DNA of 64,000 bases, taken from an uncultured Gammaproteobacteria bacterium (GTDB lineage: Bacteria; Patescibacteriota; Microgenomatia; Levybacterales; UBA12049). Under the pieces are notes generated by a model. That model was not told the DNA's origin, did not search any database, and saw only the letters and a program-made list of their open reading frames with translations. The position numbers were made by a program, and so were the translations under genes. Numbering within the stretch: position 1 is the first letter of the stretch; each line of letters starts with the position of its first letter. The DNA lies in assembly GCA_964521295.1 (NCBI GenBank), contig CAZFRF010000001.1:577016-641015 (forward strand). Direction: 5' to 3'. Positions 59,901-64,000 of this stretch are shown one piece after another.

Positions 59901-61367
59901 TTACCTAACTACTAAAACTTTGTCCCCTTCAATTACATTTCTATCTAAAATTATTTCAACATCCTTTGGCAGACCTGTTAAAGCCTCGACAAACCTTCCT
60001 TGAATTTGACCAAGTGTGATTTTTTTTACCTCAGCTTTTCCATTATTTACAATATAAACAAATGCTTCATCTTGAGTCTGAATAACACTATCTAATGGAA
60101 TAAACGGATCTATATTCGAAGCATCAGCTACACCAACTGGAATTCTTATATCGACATATCCTCCATTGGTTAAGTTTCTGGAAAAAGAATCATCTAATTG
60201 ATAAATGACTGAATACAAATTGCCATTTGTTGCGTCTCTTGAAACATATGAAGGCATTAGACTAATTTCTTTTCCATTGATAATCACTATACTAGGCTCA
60301 AAACTTGAAATATTTTTAGCAACTCCTTCAGACACTAATACAACAATTTCGCTATGCTGTGTGTTTCCAGATAAATTAGCAAGAACAGTTCCGGGATTTA
60401 CCGTATCTCCAGGATGGACAAAAATTCTTTCAATAACACCTGCAAAGGGAGCAGAAGGATACATACTAGCCTCATTAATTTGGGCTAAATTTAAAGATAG
60501 TCTAGAAAGTTCAAGGCTTAAATCTAAAGCTTTTTCTTGTAAATCTAGCTGCTTTAATGCTATATCTTTTGTAATATTTCCAATTGCTGCTGGGGCATTA
60601 TCTTCTGAGTTGGCATAATTTGAACTATTCAACCCTGCTTGCAATTGAGTATTTCCAGCAATTAACTGCGCCCTAGTTGATCTTATCTGTAAAATCTTAG
60701 CATCAGTTTCATCAGATTTTGGCAATGCTTCTAAAGCTGCTTGATTTGCAGCTAGAGTATTAAGGATGCCAGTATTTACATCTATTAATCCTTGAGTTTG
60801 CTCACTTGCCCCCCTAGCAATTTCTCTTAATTTATCTGCACTCTCATCAGATTTATTGGCTAGTTCTTTTTGTTTACCTATTACTTCTTTTTGAGTAGGA
60901 TAATTATCTTTGGCAGATTGATATTGATTTGCAGCAATCTGTCTTGCAACAGAAAGAGTATTTCCTCCACCATAATTAGTTGATAAGCCTAGAATATTTG
61001 CGCCTTGCATTACCTCTTGCCCTTCATATACATTTACATAATTAACTACGCCAGGCATTTGGGCAACTATTTTAGTTACTCCTGATTTTTCAATCTTTCC
61101 TTGATATGAAACGAGGGGTGCGCTTCCAATTTTATAAATCTGGACTTTTTTAGCAGTATTCTGACTTTTTACCACCTCTGGCTTGGGACTAAACACAACA
61201 TTTCCTATAATCATTAAGATTAATAAGATTCCTAAAACAACAAAAAAACTCGTAAAAGGTTTTCTTTGAATAAAAGCAAGAGTTTTTTTTGAATAAACCT
61301 TTCCCTTATTATTTGCGCCTTTGAATTTAGACAAAACAAATTTCTTTGATTTTAATAATTTCTTCAT
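59901..61367 (-). CDS. efflux RND periplasmic adaptor (membrane fusion protein, HlyD family) with a long coiled coil
   Basis: 488 aa. N-terminal TM. Biotinyl/lipoyl-like hairpin motifs (VYEGQEVMQGANILGL). Long alpha-helical coiled coil, beta-barrel and MP domain. Directly upstream of the RND pump. Confidence 0.8.
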   Translation of the reverse strand: MKKLLKSKKFVLSKFKGANNKGKVYSKKTLAFIQRKPFTSFFVVLGILLILMIIGNVVFSPKPEVVKSQNTAKKVQIYKIGSAPLVSYQGKIEKSGVTKIVAQMPGVVNYVNVYEGQEVMQGANILGLSTNYGGGNTLSVARQIAANQYQSAKDNYPTQKEVIGKQKELANKSDESADKLREIARGASEQTQGLIDVNTGILNTLAANQAALEALPKSDETDAKILQIRSTRAQLIAGNTQLQAGLNSSNYANSEDNAPAAIGNITKDIALKQLDLQEKALDLSLELSRLSLNLAQINEASMYPSAPFAGVIERIFVHPGDTVNPGTVLANLSGNTQHSEIVVLVSEGVAKNISSFEPSIVIINGKEISLMPSYVSRDATNGNLYSVIYQLDDSFSRNLTNGGYVDIRIPVGVADASNIDPFIPLDSVIQTQDEAFVYIVNNGKAEVKKITLGQIQGRFVEALTGLPKDVEIILDRNVIEGDKVLVVR

Positions 61368-61449
61368 GGATATAAAATGCTAGTTTTCGAGGCAGTCAAA
61401 AATTAAGCTTAGAATAAGATTCTATCAGAATATAGGCTTATCGTCAATC

Positions 61450-63408
61450 TTACTTCTCGACTTGATAAATCACGTAGGTTGAATTGGAATAAATCTTTTT
61501 CAAATATTTTGTTTTATCAAAATTTGGAACCAGTTCTTTGCTAAAAATATAATCAACTTTATTTTTACGCAAATTGCTTATAACCATTTTTTCATAATAA
61601 GGAAATGCTGAAGTTGATGCTGAAACTGTCCTTAAGTGACCAAGATCCATTAATAAATTTATCCTCGGTTCTAAATCTAATCCTGGAAAATTAATGTACT
61701 CACTGTTAAAAAATGTTTTTCTATTCGCTAATGCTGTTACTGCAGGATTTGATTTTTCATACCATCCTTTTAGATCATTAAATTTAGATCCAGATTCTAT
61801 TGGAGGAAGCTCTAATACAGTCGAATTATAATTTCCTTGCTTACTTAAGAAATTCAGAGCTTGATAATAAGGACTGTTTAAAGAATTTTTCGCACTTAAA
61901 GTTATGGGATAACCCAAAACTCCCTCGAGAGTAGAAGGGATAGTAAGTATAAAAACTAAAACAATAAAAAATATTTTAATTAATTTATTTATTTTTAAAT
62001 CAATTAAATATCCAAATCCATAAGCTGCCAAAATAGCAGCAATAAATATGTAATAATTTGTGATTTGAATAATCTCAAAAACTTTTCCAGATTGAATAAA
62101 AAGCAAAGGAATTACTACAGAGATTAGCAACATGATAAAAATTGTATTCGCAAAAACTGAAGGTAGTTTTCTCTGTTTTATAAAAATTATCGGCAAAATT
62201 AATAACCCAATTAACCTAGTTCCTAAATTGCCTAAAATAAAAACATTAAAACCGTCAAACTCGAGTCCCAATATGCCCCTTAAAACATTTAGCCTCGTAT
62301 ACGTAGCTAGCTTCTCATCAAAACCATACCAACTAAAAGCCTCTAATATTCTATGAAATGGCCATAAGGGATAAAAAATTAAATAACCACTTCCTCCTGC
62401 AAATATCCAATAAGTTGCTAAAAAAATAATCCCTGTAAAAATTAAAGCAAAAAAAGGATAAATTCTTTTATGAATAAGCTCCCAAAAACTAAACAGCGTA
62501 AAACCTAAAACACCCACCATTCCAGCATAAACTTTAAACATTGAAATAATGCCTAAAGACAAAGACAAAGGTATAAGCCATTTATTATTTTTACTTTCTA
62601 TATATTCATATAGACAAAGTAGTATCACTAACAGGATTACAATGGATATTGATAATGGAGGGTTTTGTAAAGCTCCAAATGGTTGATTCATGCCATAACC
62701 CGCGCTCCAACTAAATCCACTATGCCCCTGAAGAGTTAAAAAATAAGCAAATCCTCCCCCAAAAAGAGTTAAAAATACCGCTATCAAAGAGGCAGAAATT
62801 TTTCTTGTCCATCTAAAAACTAATGAGTAAACCCCAAATCCCCAAGCAAGAGAAAATAAAACTGGAAAAAAATGAAAATGCAAAGATGCAGGCGAAACAA
62901 AAAATAGATTACTTACTTTAGCAAGCAATAAGTTATAGAAAAAATGATATCCTTTTAAGGCAACTCCTGCAAATCCCGGATTGTCAGGTGGGAAATTTAC
63001 CTTTAATTCATTTATTAAAGCTAAATGCCAAAAATCATCCTGCTTAATAATTATAGAATTGCCATAAATTCCTGTTATTAAAGCTGAGGTACTAAATAAA
63101 AGCGTTAAGAAAAGAACCAATAAAGAAGGCTTCAGATGTACTTTGTTAATTTTAGGAATTAGCATATTCTCTTTAATACTTAAAGCTCCAATTATTATCA
63201 GGACGGGAATTAATAAAATTTCTAAATGAACCCAGGAAAATAAGTAGATAAAAGAAGTAAATAGGATTATTCCGAAACTAGTAGGCAAAAAAATATTTGC
63301 TGGAAAGGATGCATTTAGCTTTAATTTATTTAAAATATAAACTCCAGGCGCATATAATCCAAAAACTACAAAAACTAAAAACCCGAAAATTTCCAATATA
63401 AAATTCAT
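61450..63408 (-). CDS. large polytopic membrane protein, GT-C-like (paralog of 48649-50568)
   Basis: 652 aa with ~14 TM helices. Clear similarity to the 48649-50568 product in the N-terminal half. Confidence 0.6.
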   Translation of the reverse strand: MNFILEIFGFLVFVVFGLYAPGVYILNKLKLNASFPANIFLPTSFGIILFTSFIYLFSWVHLEILLIPVLIIIGALSIKENMLIPKINKVHLKPSLLVLFLTLLFSTSALITGIYGNSIIIKQDDFWHLALINELKVNFPPDNPGFAGVALKGYHFFYNLLLAKVSNLFFVSPASLHFHFFPVLFSLAWGFGVYSLVFRWTRKISASLIAVFLTLFGGGFAYFLTLQGHSGFSWSAGYGMNQPFGALQNPPLSISIVILLVILLCLYEYIESKNNKWLIPLSLSLGIISMFKVYAGMVGVLGFTLFSFWELIHKRIYPFFALIFTGIIFLATYWIFAGGSGYLIFYPLWPFHRILEAFSWYGFDEKLATYTRLNVLRGILGLEFDGFNVFILGNLGTRLIGLLILPIIFIKQRKLPSVFANTIFIMLLISVVIPLLFIQSGKVFEIIQITNYYIFIAAILAAYGFGYLIDLKINKLIKIFFIVLVFILTIPSTLEGVLGYPITLSAKNSLNSPYYQALNFLSKQGNYNSTVLELPPIESGSKFNDLKGWYEKSNPAVTALANRKTFFNSEYINFPGLDLEPRINLLMDLGHLRTVSASTSAFPYYEKMVISNLRKNKVDYIFSKELVPNFDKTKYLKKIYSNSTYVIYQVEK

Positions 63409-63484
63409 TACTTATTACATTATACATTTAACTTGCCGCATTCTACTACTTTATGTCTAGTTCTTTAAGATATAAAATAATCTC

Positions 63485-64000
63485 ATGATTGATGCTCACT
63501 GTCACTTAAATTTAAAGGGTTTTCAAGATGATATCGATGAAGTAATACAAAGAGCTAGGTTTGCAGGAGTCAATACCATTATTAATACCGGCACCAGTCT
63601 CGAATCAAGTAAGAAAGCCGTAGAGCTCGCAGAAAAATATGAGAATTTGTTTGCAATCGTCGGCATACATCCTCACCACGCAGATAAAATAAGTGGTGAT
63701 TGGATAAAAGAATTAGAGGATATTGCTTCTCATCCAAAAGTTGTAGGAATAGGCGAAGTGGGAATGGATTACTATAATTATTCTTCAAATGGAATAGTAG
63801 ATAAGAACTTACAAAAGGAAGTTTTTGAAAAACAAATTAAGTTATCAAGCAAATTAAAGCTACCCTTACAAATACACAATCGACATGCTGGAGAAGATGT
63901 AGTTAAAATCCTAGAAGAAAATAAAAACCTACTTTTACCCACTCCTGGAATGTTTCATTGCTTTGCAGCAACAGAGGAAATTTTGACAAAAATTATTGCG
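63485..64000 (+). CDS. tatD: TatD-family metal-dependent hydrolase (partial, 3-prime end outside the window)
   Basis: Starts MIDAHCHLNL (TatD HxH motif). GIHPHHA and GEVGMDYY blocks. The reading frame is open to the window end. Confidence 0.8.
   Translation, partial: MIDAHCHLNLKGFQDDIDEVIQRARFAGVNTIINTGTSLESSKKAVELAEKYENLFAIVGIHPHHADKISGDWIKELEDIASHPKVVGIGEVGMDYYNYSSNGIVDKNLQKEVFEKQIKLSSKLKLPLQIHNRHAGEDVVKILEENKNLLLPTPGMFHCFAATEEILTKIIA

Noticed and set aside
63582-63788. 68-aa minus-strand ORF
   Set aside because: It is antisense to the well-supported tatD reading frame (MIDAHCHLNL...), which is open to the window end.
1-64000. Search for tRNA, rRNA, CRISPR arrays and IS elements/transposases
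   Set aside because: The intergenic regions are all shorter than 160 nt and none shows a cloverleaf-like structure or direct repeats. No transposase-like ORF or terminal inverted repeats were noticed.

Overview
This 64 kb window is AT-rich and densely coded. It reads like a reduced bacterial genome, plausibly of the Candidate Phyla Radiation (Patescibacteria); that assignment is inference from sequence features only. Most of it is conserved core machinery. On the minus strand, rpoB-rpoC-rpsL-rpsG-fusA sit at the left end. In the middle are ftsK, rnj, pnp, rpsO, infB and nusA, and then a heat-shock locus hrcA-grpE-dnaK followed by glmS and a type-II dnaJ. On the plus strand are alaS, an AMP/thymidine-phosphorylase family gene, mltG, metG, metK, an MFS transporter, trhO and a partial tatD. 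The right end carries an RND efflux pump, its membrane-fusion adaptor, a beta-propeller membrane protein and a DUF2207 protein. I found no rRNA, tRNA or CRISPR arrays. The main things worth a second look are these. (1) A compositionally atypical cassette of three genes of unknown function (11000-12626) sits directly upstream of rpoB, where rplKAJL normally is. (2) The metK leader (47391-47511) has SAM-I/IV-like riboswitch features and an intrinsic terminator overlapping the annotated metK start. (3) An apparently membrane-anchored ClpA/B-family ATPase has a degenerate first ATPase domain and is translationally coupled to a small membrane protein. (4) A Lon-like protein has only the AAA+ module and no protease domain. 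(5) An FtsA/PilM-like actin-fold protein fused to a transmembrane segment and a Ser/Thr-rich ectodomain is coupled to a sortase. (6) A degenerate DHH-like protein replaces rbfA/truB between infB and rpsO. (7) Paralogous GT-C-like membrane proteins occur at 48649-50568 and 61450-63408. A CIRCE operator with a sigma70-like promoter lies upstream of hrcA. All functional calls come from motif-level reading of the translations; no database searches were run.
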